A stretch of DNA of 64,000 nucleotides from Chloroflexota bacterium (lineage in GTDB: Bacteria > Chloroflexota > UBA11872 > UBA12225): NCBI GenBank assembly GCA_034437795.1, contig DAOTTI010000022.1, positions 366-64,365 on the forward strand, in the 5' to 3' direction. This document shows, piece by piece, positions 18,390 to 30,610 of the stretch (position 1 is its first letter; each line of letters begins with the position of its first letter). A program made the position numbers and the translations under genes. The notes beneath the pieces are model-generated. The model saw only the letters and a list, made by a program, of their open reading frames with translations, ran no database searches and had not been told where the DNA came from.

Positions 18390-19358
18390 ATGCCGTTCAC
18401 CATCAAAGAGTTTCGGGATCTGATCCGGCTACTCGAGGAGCACCCTGAGTGGCGGGCCGAGTTGCGCCGCCACCTGCTGCCGGACGAGCTGCTCGAGCTT
18501 CCGTCCCTGGTGCGCCAGCTCGCCGAGGCCCAAGCACGAGCGAGTGAGCGCCTGGACCGACTGGAAGCGACGGTGCAGGGGCTGATCGAGGCCCAAGCAC
18601 GGGCGAGTGAGCGCCTGGACCGGCTGGAAGCGGCCGTGCAGCAATTGGCCGAGCAGGTCCGCGCGCTGGCCGAAGCGCAGGCGCGCACGGAGGAGCGCCT
18701 GGACCGGCTGGAAGCGGCCGTGCAACAGTTGGCCGAAGCGCAGGCGCGGACTGAAGCTCGGGTCGAGCAGCTGGCCGAAGCCCAGGCCCGGACTGAAGCT
18801 CGGGTCGAGCAGCTGGCCGAAGCGCAGGCGCGGACCGAAGCTCGGGTCCAGAAATTGTCCAAGGACCTCTCTGACTTCCGCCAGGAGTTTGGCGACTTCC
18901 GTTCCAAAGTCCTCGGCCGGGACCTCGAGCGGCTCTACCGTGAACGGGCCGACAGCTTCTTTGGTCGCCTGCTGCGGCGGATCCGTGTGCAGCGCCCCGG
19001 TGAGGTAGTCGAGGCGTACGAGGCGCACCTGACGCCGGAGGATGTTCAGGTGCTGCTGCAGGCGGACCTCATCGTGCGAGGCCAGTCGCGCGACGCGCCG
19101 CAGCAGGAAGAGGTCTGGTTGGTAGGCGAGGTGTCGGCGAAGGTCGACCGCAACGACGTCGAGCGGGCGGTTCGGCGCGCCCAGGCGCTTCGCGAAGCTG
19201 GCCTACGGGCGATCCCGCTCGTCGCTGGCGAAACCGCCACCGAGGGCGCACTCAAGCGGGTTCAGGAGGTGCGCGTGGTCGTTCTCCGGGATGGGACGAT
19301 TGCCGGCTGGGGAGCGGCCCTGAGCGCCTGGCCGCCTCCGTCCAAGAACGGCAGGTAA
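18390..19358 (+). CDS. Coiled-coil tandem-repeat protein with a conserved-looking C-terminal domain (possible PD-(D/E)XK-like fold)
   Basis: MPFTIKEFRDLIRLLEEHPEW..., then repeated LAEAQARxSERLDRLEAxVQ and LAEAQARTEARVEQ units, then ...ADLIVRG...WLVGEVSAKVDRNDVERAVRRAQALREAG...IPLVAG. The track start 18234 reads through a REP element, so I rejected it. Confidence 0.75.
   Translation: MPFTIKEFRDLIRLLEEHPEWRAELRRHLLPDELLELPSLVRQLAEAQARASERLDRLEATVQGLIEAQARASERLDRLEAAVQQLAEQVRALAEAQARTEERLDRLEAAVQQLAEAQARTEARVEQLAEAQARTEARVEQLAEAQARTEARVQKLSKDLSDFRQEFGDFRSKVLGRDLERLYRERADSFFGRLLRRIRVQRPGEVVEAYEAHLTPEDVQVLLQADLIVRGQSRDAPQQEEVWLVGEVSAKVDRNDVERAVRRAQALREAGLRAIPLVAGETATEGALKRVQEVRVVVLRDGTIAGWGAALSAWPPPSKNGR
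18528..18860 (+). repeat. In-frame tandem repeats inside the coiled-coil gene (63-bp units, then 3 x 42-bp units)
   Basis: 63-mers at 18528-18590, 18591-18653 and 18672-18734. 42-mers at 18735-18776, 18777-18818 and 18819-18860 (GAAGCGCAGGCGCGGACTGAAGCTCGGGTCGAGCAGCTGGCC). Confidence 0.9.
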
Positions 19359-19438
19359 CTCTCATTCCCTCGTAAGGAGCCGGCCTATTGCACGCGGTGC
19401 TGGTGCCCCACAGGAGCATGACTACTTGTCTACCAGTG

Positions 19439-19492
19439 GAGCCCTCACCCTCGCCCTCTCCCTTTGGCAGAGGGAACTCCTTGCCGGCCATG
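19439..19492 (+). repeat. REP-like hairpin repeat, family A
   Basis: GAGCCCTCACCCTCGCCCTCTCCCTTTGGCAGAGGGAACTCCTTGCCGGCCATG. Confidence 0.8.
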
Positions 19493-19559
19493 AATGATCT
19501 GGGCCAGCGAGATATGGCCGATCCTTCATGAGCGGCGCCATCACCGCCGCCCGCTCCAT

Positions 19560-19590
19560 GGGCCCTCGCTCTCCCACAGGGAGAGGAGAA
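19560..19590 (+). repeat. REP-like repeat, family A, truncated head
   Basis: GGGCCCTCGCTCTCCCACAGGGAGAGGAGAA. Confidence 0.6.
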
Positions 19591-19786
19591 CCCTTGGGTA
19601 CGTGGAAGTAACGTGATCACGCAGACCTTCGGCTGGACCTTCGATGGGGACCCCTTGGGCACGTGGACAGAGTAGTGGGACGGTAGGCCAAGCTGGACGG
19701 ATCCAGGCATGTGCCCAGGCACCTGCCGTGGCGTGTGGAGGTGGCGCAGTCGGACGGCTCACCTCGCCGATCAGGTAATTGAGCCC

Positions 19787-20257
19787 CTACTGAGCGCCTT
19801 GCCTGGCCCGCTGCTCAGCGACGACCGCGCGAACAGCGCGCACAATCTCATCGAGTGAGGCGCCGGGGCCGAAGACCTCGCGGATGCCCATGGCCTTGAC
19901 CGCCGGCACGTCATCGGGCGGAATGATGCCCCCGGCGAACACGACGGCGTCGGTGACTCCCCGCCGGCGGAGCGCCTCCATAATGCGCGGAAAGAGGGCC
20001 AGGTGCGCCCCGGAGTGGATGGATAGGCCGATTGCGTCCACGTCCTCCTGCAGCGCTGCCTCGGCGATCATCTCGGGCGTCTGCCTGATGCCAGTGTAGA
20101 TAACTTCCATGCCGGCATCGCGCAACGCCCGTGCGACGACCTTGGCGCCGCGATCGTGGCCGTCGAGACCGGGCTTGGCGATCAGGACGCGGATGGGACG
20201 CTCCAGGGCGGCGGTCTCACTCCCGCCCGTCTCGCGATGCTCCTCGCTCACTGCCAT
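19787..20257 (-). CDS. Cobalamin-binding small subunit of a split acyl-CoA mutase (methylmalonyl-/isobutyryl-CoA mutase family)
   Basis: [34 protein letters not shown] carries the DxHxxG B12-binding motif. Confidence 0.9.
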   Translation of the reverse strand: MAVSEEHRETGGSETAALERPIRVLIAKPGLDGHDRGAKVVARALRDAGMEVIYTGIRQTPEMIAEAALQEDVDAIGLSIHSGAHLALFPRIMEALRRRGVTDAVVFAGGIIPPDDVPAVKAMGIREVFGPGASLDEIVRAVRAVVAEQRARQGAQ

Positions 20258-20397
20258 GCTTCTCTCTCCCCTGAGTTGGCGCGGTTATGACCCGTGCTCG
20301 CATCCGGCCGCTCCCGCAACCGTCTTCGCCATGCTTCTCTGTCCCCTGAGCTAGAGCCGTCTTGAAGGCCGCATGCGCTTACACCCGGCGCCTTGTC

Positions 20398-21210
20398 CTA
20401 CCGGCCGCGGAACTGCGGCGGGCGCTTTTCCAGAAAGGCGGCAAGGCCCTCCACGCGGTCCTCGGTGGCGAAGCACTGCGCAAAGGCCTCAATCTCGACG
20501 CCGCTCGCCTCGCGCAGGCTGAGGTCCCGCCCGAGGTTCATGGCGCGCTTGGCGAAACGCACCGCCAGCGGGGGCAGGGAGGCAAACTGGGCCGCGAACT
20601 CCAGCGCACGGGCCAGCGTCTGGCCGCTGGGCGTGACCGCGTTGATCAGGCCGGCACGTTCGGCTTCCTGTGCGTCCATGAGCCGGCCGGTCAGCACCAG
20701 CTCCTTGGCCCGCGCCAGGCCGATCAGGCGCGGGAGACGCTGCGTCCCGCCCCAGCCAGGCAGCATGCCCAGCTTGATCTCCGGCTGCCCGATCACCGCC
20801 CCTTCCGCCATGAAGCGGAAGTCACAGGCCAGCGCCAGCTCGCAGCCACCGCCCACGGCGGCGCCGTTGATAGCCGCGATGACGGGCAAGGGCAGGTCTT
20901 CAAGCTGCTGGAAGACCTGGTGGCCGAGCTGCGACCAGCGCCGGCCGTCGTCAGCAGTCATACCGCGCATCTGGCGGATGTCCGCCCCGGCGCAGAACGC
21001 ACGATCCCCTGCGCCGGTGATGACCACCGCTCGAACCGCGTCACTCTCGCCCAGACCGGCCAGGGCCGCCGCCAGACGGTGCAGGAGGTCGGCGTCCAGC
21101 GCATTCCTGGCGTCCGGCCGGTTGAGCGTCAGTACGGCCGTGCTGCCATCGCGCCGGATGAGGAGCGGGCCTTCCGTTACCTCGTTCACGTCTGCATCCT
21201 TCAGGATCAC
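20398..21210 (-). CDS. Enoyl-CoA hydratase (crotonase family)
   Basis: LTLNRPDARNALD, VVITGAGDRAFCAGADI, AAINGAAVGGGCELALACD motifs. The start abuts the mutase stop (21210/21211). Confidence 0.9.
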   Translation of the reverse strand: MILKDADVNEVTEGPLLIRRDGSTAVLTLNRPDARNALDADLLHRLAAALAGLGESDAVRAVVITGAGDRAFCAGADIRQMRGMTADDGRRWSQLGHQVFQQLEDLPLPVIAAINGAAVGGGCELALACDFRFMAEGAVIGQPEIKLGMLPGWGGTQRLPRLIGLARAKELVLTGRLMDAQEAERAGLINAVTPSGQTLARALEFAAQFASLPPLAVRFAKRAMNLGRDLSLREASGVEIEAFAQCFATEDRVEGLAAFLEKRPPQFRGR

Positions 21211-22953
<1,743 letters not shown>

Positions 22954-23194
22954 CTGGTTATCTCCCCCTATCTCAAGTGCATCAGGCTCCCCAACCCATC
23001 CCCGGTCCGGATCCCGCGGGGCAACCGCCGCCGTCCGTTCCTTCCCCGCTTCGACGTAGCGGCTGCGCCTCCCTGGACGCTGCTCGTAATCCCAATGGCC
23101 AGGAGCGGCAGGCTGGATCGCGAGGCTCCGATACTGGGACGGGGGCGGCGTGGCCGGAAACGGTCGGCTCCCCACGCCCATGGGAGAGGGTCAG

Positions 23195-24052
23195 CTACCC
23201 ATAATCGTAGAAGCCGGCGCCGGTCTTCCGGCCCAGGCGACCGGCGGCGACCAGGCGTCGTAGGAGCGGGCAGGGTCGATACTTGTCGTCGCCTAGATCG
23301 CGGTGCAGCACCTCCAGGATGTTCAGGCAGACGTCCAGGCCGATGAGGTCGGCCAGCTGTAGCGGGCCCATCGGGTGGTTCATGCCCAGGCGCATGATGG
23401 TGTCGATGGCCTCGCGGTCCGCCACGCCCTCCATGAGGGCATAGATGGCCTCGTTGATCATGGGGAGCAGGATCCGGTTGGAGACGAAGCCGGGGAAGTC
23501 GTTGACGACCACCGGCGTCTTGCCCAGGCGGCGCGCCAGTCCCACGATGGTCTGGACCGTCTCTTCGGACGTGAGATGGCCGCGCACCACCTCCACCAGG
23601 GTCATGAGGGGGACGGGGTTGAAGAAGTGCATGCCGGCCACGCGCTCGGGATGGGAGACGGCCGAGGCCAGGGCCGTGATGGAGATGCTGGACGTATTGG
23701 AGGCGAGGATCGCCGTCTCCGGCAGGACCTGCGCCGCCTGCTGGAAGACGGCCCGCTTTGTGGCCACATCTTCGACCACCGCCTCGATTAGCAGTTCAGG
23801 ACTGACGGCCGCATCCAACCGCGTGGTGAGGCGGATCAGGCTGCGGGTTCGATCGCGCACCTCCGGCGGAAGCGTGCCTTTCTGGATCAGGCGCTCCAGC
23901 GAGCGCTCAATCGTGGCCTGGGCTCGCGCCAGCTGGCCCTCGTCGATGTCGACCAGGGTGACGGAGATGCCGGCGCCGGCCAGCACCTGGGCGATCCCGC
24001 TGCCCATCGTGCCGGCGCCGACGACCGTGGCCCGCTGGATGTCCTGAGGCAC
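23195..24052 (-). CDS. hbd: 3-hydroxybutyryl-CoA / 3-hydroxyacyl-CoA dehydrogenase
   Basis: [18 protein letters not shown] Rossmann motif, [33 protein letters not shown]. Confidence 0.9.
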   Translation of the reverse strand: MPQDIQRATVVGAGTMGSGIAQVLAGAGISVTLVDIDEGQLARAQATIERSLERLIQKGTLPPEVRDRTRSLIRLTTRLDAAVSPELLIEAVVEDVATKRAVFQQAAQVLPETAILASNTSSISITALASAVSHPERVAGMHFFNPVPLMTLVEVVRGHLTSEETVQTIVGLARRLGKTPVVVNDFPGFVSNRILLPMINEAIYALMEGVADREAIDTIMRLGMNHPMGPLQLADLIGLDVCLNILEVLHRDLGDDKYRPCPLLRRLVAAGRLGRKTGAGFYDYG

Positions 24053-24172
24053 GACCCTACCCCCTTCCCCCTTCCGGTAGCGGCCGGCGCGCAGCGCGAA
24101 CTGGCGTCGGCGCCCGCAGGCTCGCCAACGCCCATACGCCCATAGGTGGAGGGCACGGCGAAGCGCAGGACG

Positions 24173-25369
24173 TCATACCGCCTCCACGGCGATGGCGAAG
24201 GCCTCCCCACCCCCGAGGCAGGCGGCGCCGATGCCGCGCCGGCCGCCGGTGCGGCGGAGGGCGTAGAGCAGGGTCGTGAGCAGGCGGGCCCCGCTGCAGC
24301 CGAGCGGGTGGCCCAGGGCGATCGCGCCGCCGTGAACGTTCACCCGCTCGGGGTCCGCGTCCAGCAGCTTCAGGTCGGCGACCATCTGGGCGGCGAAGGC
24401 CTCATTGAGCTCGATCAGGTCATAGTCGTCCAGGCGGGTGGCGGTCTTCTCCATGAGCTTCCTAATAGTGGGGACCGGCGCCTCAAAGAGCCAGAGCGGA
24501 TCGAGCGCGGCATTGGCGCTGGCCACGTAGCGCGCCAGGGGCCGCAGCCCGAGCGCGCCGGCCTTGCGGCCGCTCATGAGCACGAGGGCGGCGCCACCAT
24601 CCGACAGCTGCGACGAGTTCCCCGCGGTGACGCAGCCATCCTTGGCAAACACCGGCTTCAAGGCGGCGAGCGCCTCGGCCGAGGTGTCCGCCCGCGGCCC
24701 TTCGTCGGTCTCCACCACCGCGGGGCCGCGGCGGCTTGGCACCTCCACGGGCACGATCTCCTCGCGGAAGGCGCCCGACTGAATGGCCGCGACGGCGCGC
24801 TGGTGGCTGCGCAGGCTCCAGGCGTCCTGCTCCTGGCGCGTGACGCCGTGCTTCTCGGCAATCGCCTCCGCGGACATGCCCATATGGTGGCCCTCCCAGG
24901 CGCACCACAGCCCGTCATGCACCATGTGGTCCAGGAGGGTGGCATCGCCCAGCTTGAAGCCGCTGCGGCTGCCCATGAGCAGGTGGGGCGCGTTGCTCAT
25001 GCTCTCCATGCCCCCGGCGACCATGATCTCCGCCTCGCCGAGCTGGATCTGCTGCGCCGCCAGGGCCACGGCCATCAGGCCGCTGCCGCACACCTTGTTC
25101 ACCGTTAGCGCCGGCACCGTGGCGGGCAGGCCGGCCTTGATCGCCGCCTGGCGGGCGGGGGCCATGCCCAGTCCCGCAGGGAGCACGTTGCCCATGATCA
25201 CGCCGTCCACCTGGTCGGGCGCCACCCCCGCGCGCTGGATGGCGGCCTTGACGGCGATCCCTCCCAGGTCAGTCGCGCTCAGGCCGGACAACGCCCCCAG
25301 GAATTTGCCGATGGGGGTCCGCGCCGCCGACGCGATCACGACGTCGTTCCGCCCGTACTCCGGTGCCAT
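24173..25369 (-). CDS. Acetyl-CoA C-acetyltransferase (thiolase II)
   Basis: VVIASAARTPIGKF, VNKVCGSGL (active-site Cys), NVHGGAIALGHPLGCSGARL, CLGGGEA. ATG 25369 sits behind GGGAGAG. Confidence 0.9.
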   Translation of the reverse strand: MAPEYGRNDVVIASAARTPIGKFLGALSGLSATDLGGIAVKAAIQRAGVAPDQVDGVIMGNVLPAGLGMAPARQAAIKAGLPATVPALTVNKVCGSGLMAVALAAQQIQLGEAEIMVAGGMESMSNAPHLLMGSRSGFKLGDATLLDHMVHDGLWCAWEGHHMGMSAEAIAEKHGVTRQEQDAWSLRSHQRAVAAIQSGAFREEIVPVEVPSRRGPAVVETDEGPRADTSAEALAALKPVFAKDGCVTAGNSSQLSDGGAALVLMSGRKAGALGLRPLARYVASANAALDPLWLFEAPVPTIRKLMEKTATRLDDYDLIELNEAFAAQMVADLKLLDADPERVNVHGGAIALGHPLGCSGARLLTTLLYALRRTGGRRGIGAACLGGGEAFAIAVEAV

Positions 25370-25461
25370 CTGTCTCTCCCTTGTACTGAAGCATACATTG
25401 CGTGTGGTCGCATGGTCGTCGCGGGCTCCGTCCGGCTCCAGCCTCGCCACTGGCAACTCGG

Positions 25462-25489
25462 TTCTCGCTCGTGGCTACTCGCTCGTCCC
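25462..25489. repeat. Imperfect 14-bp tandem duplication (TTCTCGCTCGTGGC / TACTCGCTCGTCCC)
   Basis: Read directly in the divergent thiolase/ACAD gap. It shares the CTCGCT/AGCGAG theme with 1843-1884 and 27546-27560. Confidence 0.6.
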
Positions 25490-25634
25490 GCCTCCGGCGG
25501 GAACCCTGGGCGCGGGTGACGGCTCTGCCAGCCGCGAAGACTGGATGCGCCCGGGGCCGGCGGACATCCTCTTGATTGCTGGCCGGTAAGCTACGATGGG
25601 GGAGGCAGCGGCGCCACCACATCGAGGAGGACAT

Positions 25635-27482
25635 ATGGCGATGCGGGTATTGCAGCACCTGAGGGAGGTTGAGGCGGCGCGGGAAGAGCTCCGCTATCCC
25701 AGCTTCATGGTCGGGCTCTTCGCCGGCCGGCCGCCCTTTGACCTGGTTAGCCCGTTTCCCATCCAGCCGCCCGAGGACAGGGCCATCGGCGACGAGTTCT
25801 GCAGCCGGCTGGCGGGCTTCCTGCGGCAGCACGTCGACCCGATGGAGATCGACCGGACGGGGAAGATCCCGCCGGAGGTGCTCCGCGGCCTGGCCGAGCT
25901 GGGCTGCTTTGGCATGACCATCCCCAAGGAGTACGGCGGCCTCGGCCTCTCCAAGACCAACTACCATCGCGCGTTGCAGCTGGTGGGCGGCTATTGCAAC
26001 GTGCTGGCGCTGACCCTCTCCGCCCACCAGTCCATTGGCGTCTCCGCGCCCATTCTCCTCTTCGGGAACGAGGCCCAGAAGCGGGAGTGGCTACCGCGGA
26101 TCGCCCGCGGGGCCATCTCCGCCTTCGCGCTCACCGAACCACAGGTCGGGTCCGACCCGGCCAGTATGGTGGCGTCGGCCACGCTGAGCGACGACGGCCG
26201 GTACTACGTCATCAACGGCGAAAAGCTCTGGTGCACCAACGGCATGATCGCTGACGTGATCGTGCTCATGGCTCGCGTAAACGGGGCGATCACGGCGTTC
26301 ATCGTGGACATGCGCACCCCCGGCATCGAGCTGCTCCACCGCTGCGAGTTCATGGGCAACCGCGGCATTGAGAACGCCTGGATGCGGTTCTCCAATGTGC
26401 GCGTGCCGGTGGAGAACGTGATCGGGGAGGTGGGAAGGGGTCTCAAGATCGCGCTCACTACCCTCAACGCGGGGCGGGTCTCCCTCTCCGCCCTCTGCCT
26501 GGGTATGGCCAAGCAGCTCTATGAGCCGGCGGTGCGCTGGGCCGCCGTTCGGCGCACCTTCGGCAAGCCCATCGGCGAGCACGAGCTGATCACCCACCGA
26601 CTGGCACGTATGGCCGCCGATATCTTCGCCATGGAGGCCGTCACGTGGCTGGTCTCGGGTCTGGTCGACCGCTGGCACGCCGACTTTCGCGTGGAGGCGG
26701 CCGCGGCCAAGCTGGTCACCTCCGAGCGGCTGTGGAGCATCGCCGATACGGCGATGCAGATCCGCGGCGGGCGGGGGTATGAGACGGCCGGCTCGCTGCG
26801 CGCCCGTGGCGAAGACCCGATACCGATCGAACAGCTGATGCGCGACGCCCGCCTGTACCTGATCGGTGAGGGGGCAAGCGAGATCCTGACCCTGTTCATC
26901 GCCCGCGAGGTGATGGACCCGCACCTGCGGCGGGCCAGAGGCTTCTTGAGCAGCAACGGGCTGGTGAAGGTCGGTGAGGGGGCTCGCCTGGGGCGTTACT
27001 ACGCCCCCTGGTACGCCCGCCAGCTCTTCTCGCGCAACGGGATGGCCCGCAACGGGCGCGCGATCGCCGGCGTGCACGACCCCCACACCCTGGCCCACCT
27101 CCGCTATGTGCAGGAGACCAGCCGCCGGCTGGCGCGCGCCCTGTTCCGCGCCATGCTGCGCTACCAGGCGTCGCTGGAGCGCCGGCAGGCCCTGGTGGCG
27201 CGCCTGGCGCACATCGGCGTCGACCTGTTTGTGATTACCGCCAGCGCGCTCTACGCGCCCCACGTCGAGGGCGGTAAGCGCCTGGCCGACCAGGTGATTG
27301 CGGACGCGCAGGGGCGGATCGAGGCCCATTTTCGCGGACTACAGGACAATACGGACGAGGCCACGACGCAGCTCGGCCTGGAGGTGCTACGCGGCGGCTA
27401 TGCGTGGCTGACGCACGGCATGCTGGCCCATGCACGCCCCGACCGCCTTGGCGAGGTCAATCTGACGCGCGTGGGCGGCTGA
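25635..27482 (+). CDS. Long-form acyl-CoA dehydrogenase (ACAD core plus ~200-aa C-terminal extension)
   Basis: GAISAFALTEPQVGSDPASM, YYVINGEKLWCTNG, IRGGRGYE. ATG 25635 sits behind GAGGAGGA. Confidence 0.9.
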   Translation: MAMRVLQHLREVEAAREELRYPSFMVGLFAGRPPFDLVSPFPIQPPEDRAIGDEFCSRLAGFLRQHVDPMEIDRTGKIPPEVLRGLAELGCFGMTIPKEYGGLGLSKTNYHRALQLVGGYCNVLALTLSAHQSIGVSAPILLFGNEAQKREWLPRIARGAISAFALTEPQVGSDPASMVASATLSDDGRYYVINGEKLWCTNGMIADVIVLMARVNGAITAFIVDMRTPGIELLHRCEFMGNRGIENAWMRFSNVRVPVENVIGEVGRGLKIALTTLNAGRVSLSALCLGMAKQLYEPAVRWAAVRRTFGKPIGEHELITHRLARMAADIFAMEAVTWLVSGLVDRWHADFRVEAAAAKLVTSERLWSIADTAMQIRGGRGYETAGSLRARGEDPIPIEQLMRDARLYLIGEGASEILTLFIAREVMDPHLRRARGFLSSNGLVKVGEGARLGRYYAPWYARQLFSRNGMARNGRAIAGVHDPHTLAHLRYVQETSRRLARALFRAMLRYQASLERRQALVARLAHIGVDLFVITASALYAPHVEGGKRLADQVIADAQGRIEAHFRGLQDNTDEATTQLGLEVLRGGYAWLTHGMLAHARPDRLGEVNLTRVGG

Positions 27483-27582
27483 CGCAGGGCCGGCCTATCC
27501 ACGCCCCCATCCCGATGGGGCGCCGCCACCTGCGGCGGCGGCACGCTCTCGCTCGTGGAGATACCGAGCCTGGGCTCCTCAC

Positions 27583-27632
27583 GGCCAGTGAGCCGTTCCC
27601 TCTCCCATTGGGAACGGGGTAGGGTGAGGGCA
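27583..27632 (-). repeat. REP-like hairpin repeat, family A (inverted)
   Basis: GGCCAGTGAGCCGTTCCCTCTCCCATTGGGAACGGGGTAGGGTGAGGGCA. Confidence 0.75.
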
Positions 27633-27756
27633 CCGATCGTGAATACATCGAGGCTCAAGTACTCACCGCGCGCTTCTTCGAGACGCTGCGCCGTCTGATC
27701 CGTTCAGCCTCGGGGCCGGCGCGCGGATGGTGCGGTGCCTCGGCTCGGGACGGCGG

Positions 27757-29571
27757 TTACGCGGGCACCGCGGCCGGCTCGCTGGCGGGGTGGGCGCCGG
27801 AGCGCTGAACCAGCACGGGCGCCGGCGCTGGCGCGAGGATGGTGGTGGCAGCGGCCGCCGGGGCCGGCGGTGGAGCGGAAGGGGCAGGCGGCTCGGCGGG
27901 CGGCTTGGGCGCGATGGCCTCCAGGACGGTAATCGGCAGGGAGACGGCCGCCTGCACGACCGCGGGATCGAACTGCGTGCCGGCGCCCCGTTTGAGCTCG
28001 TCCAGCGCCTCCAGCATGGTCCGATTGCGCTGGTCGGAACGCCCGGAGGTCATGGCATCGAGCGCGTCGGCCACGGCCGCGATGCGGGCATGGAACGGGA
28101 TGGCGTCGCCGGCCAGGCCGGCGGGGTAGCCCTTGCCGTCGTACCGCTCATGGTGGTGGAAGATGATGTCCACCACGATCTGCGACTGGTTGAAGCTGTC
28201 GATGATGCGGGCGCCAATCTTGGGATGGGAGCGCACCAGTTCCCACTCGTGCTCGTCCAGCCGTGATGGCTTGGTGAGCACCGGCTCGGGGATGCCGAGC
28301 TTGCCCACGTCGTGCAGGGCCGCGCCGATAGCCACCTCTTCCAGCTCGCGCCCGCTCACGCCGAGCGTCTCCGCCAGCAGCTCGCTGTACTTGCAGACCC
28401 GCTTGCTGTGCCCGCTGGTGTAGACGTCCTTAGCCTCCACGCCGGTGATCAGGCTCTCCACGATGTCCAGCAGGCGCGATTCGGCCTCGGCGGCCAGGCG
28501 CTGGTTGTCGAGGCGCAGGCTCCACGTCGCTGCCAGGAGCGCCAGGAGCGCCTCCCTGGCCGGCAGCAGCGGGCCGCCGGCCGCCGTGCGCCACGCGGGC
28601 ACCACCAGCCGGCCGACCTCCCCATCCCGGCCGTAGAGGGGCTTGACGTAGCTATCCTCCGGCAGAATGAGACCGGTCGGCGGAAAGAAGCCCAGGCCGC
28701 CTGCTGAGGCAGTTGGATCGAGGGTGACGTCGTAGCGGTGGACCTCACCCCCGCTCAGGACGTAGAGGTCGCCCCGGGGCACGCGCGCGCGCCGCGCCTG
28801 GCTTCGGATGAGCAGGGCGAGCTGCCCCGTGCCGGCGAGGGCGGCGGCCGTGCGCAGGTCGGCCTCACCGACGGCCGGCCGGCTGTGGCCGGATGCCGCC
28901 TGCGCCGCGCCGGACGGGTCTGGCCTCGGAACGGGCGACCGATGGCGCAGCGGAACGGCCGGCTCGGCCGCCTGCGCCAGGCGGGCCGTCCAGTCCGCCG
29001 GGAGCAGGTGCCGCCGCAGCGGGGCGCCGGCTACGGCCGCAATGAGCGCGGCGGCCCCGGCGGCCCCCACCACCAGCGGATTGCCGAGAAACCAGCCGGC
29101 GGCCACACCGCCGACGAGGGCGGCCGCGGCCAGACCCGCCGGCGCGGCCGCCCCGTCGATGGCCACCGCTGCCGCCGTGTAGAGGGGGAGCCAGCCCGCG
29201 TCCCACCAGCCGGGGGCGGGAGGCAGGGTGTGCGGCCACCCCTGGTGAACGGCGGTGACGGCGGCCAGGTCCAGGAGCAGCGCCGTCGCGCGGGCCAGGC
29301 TCGTGGCGCGGCCGGCCTGCGCCGCAAGCAGGAGGGCCAGGCCGCCGCCGATGGCGGCAGGGGCGAGCAACATTGGCACGCTGGGTGCAACACTCCCCTG
29401 GCGCAGGAAGAACGCCGCCAGGTAGCTTAGTCCAACGGCGCATTTCAGAAAGGCAAGCCGCCGCAGCGTTTCACGTTCTGCCGCCGTCACCACGGGCGGT
29501 GTCGTTTCCTCCGGCGAGACAACGATAGAGCCGGCGCGCGGGGGACGCAGTGGACCATCTGGGTGTGGCAT
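27757..29571 (-). CDS. Membrane-anchored HD-GYP domain protein (probable c-di-GMP phosphodiesterase)
   Basis: Hydrophobic multi-TM N-terminus. C-terminus has HSKRVCKYSE, GAALHDVGKLGIP, HHHERYDGKGYPAGL and a Pro/Ala-rich tail. Start uncertain (29571 preferred; 29616 would overlap galE). Confidence 0.8.
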   Translation of the reverse strand: MPHPDGPLRPPRAGSIVVSPEETTPPVVTAAERETLRRLAFLKCAVGLSYLAAFFLRQGSVAPSVPMLLAPAAIGGGLALLLAAQAGRATSLARATALLLDLAAVTAVHQGWPHTLPPAPGWWDAGWLPLYTAAAVAIDGAAAPAGLAAAALVGGVAAGWFLGNPLVVGAAGAAALIAAVAGAPLRRHLLPADWTARLAQAAEPAVPLRHRSPVPRPDPSGAAQAASGHSRPAVGEADLRTAAALAGTGQLALLIRSQARRARVPRGDLYVLSGGEVHRYDVTLDPTASAGGLGFFPPTGLILPEDSYVKPLYGRDGEVGRLVVPAWRTAAGGPLLPAREALLALLAATWSLRLDNQRLAAEAESRLLDIVESLITGVEAKDVYTSGHSKRVCKYSELLAETLGVSGRELEEVAIGAALHDVGKLGIPEPVLTKPSRLDEHEWELVRSHPKIGARIIDSFNQSQIVVDIIFHHHERYDGKGYPAGLAGDAIPFHARIAAVADALDAMTSGRSDQRNRTMLEALDELKRGAGTQFDPAVVQAAVSLPITVLEAIAPKPPAEPPAPSAPPPAPAAAATTILAPAPAPVLVQRSGAHPASEPAAVPA

Positions 29572-29609
29572 AACACGGGCAGAGCGGCGAACAAGGGCAC
29601 AAGGGCAGC

Positions 29610-30608
<999 letters not shown>

Positions 30609-30610
30609 GA

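Noticed and set aside
19252-19722. ORFs encoding 'GEGxGEGS' or 'ERGxGGE' peptides (19252..19722, 46077..46406, 46211..46669, 51190..51471, 55008..55352, 11347..11889).
   Set aside because: They are translations across the hairpin repeat families. The repeats occur in both orientations and in all frames, so the peptide similarity is a nucleotide-repeat artefact.
27495-27503. DnaA-box-like CTATCCACG.
   Set aside because: It is a single isolated 9-mer with two mismatches, in a convergent 3' gap far from dnaA, with no cluster and no AT-rich element.
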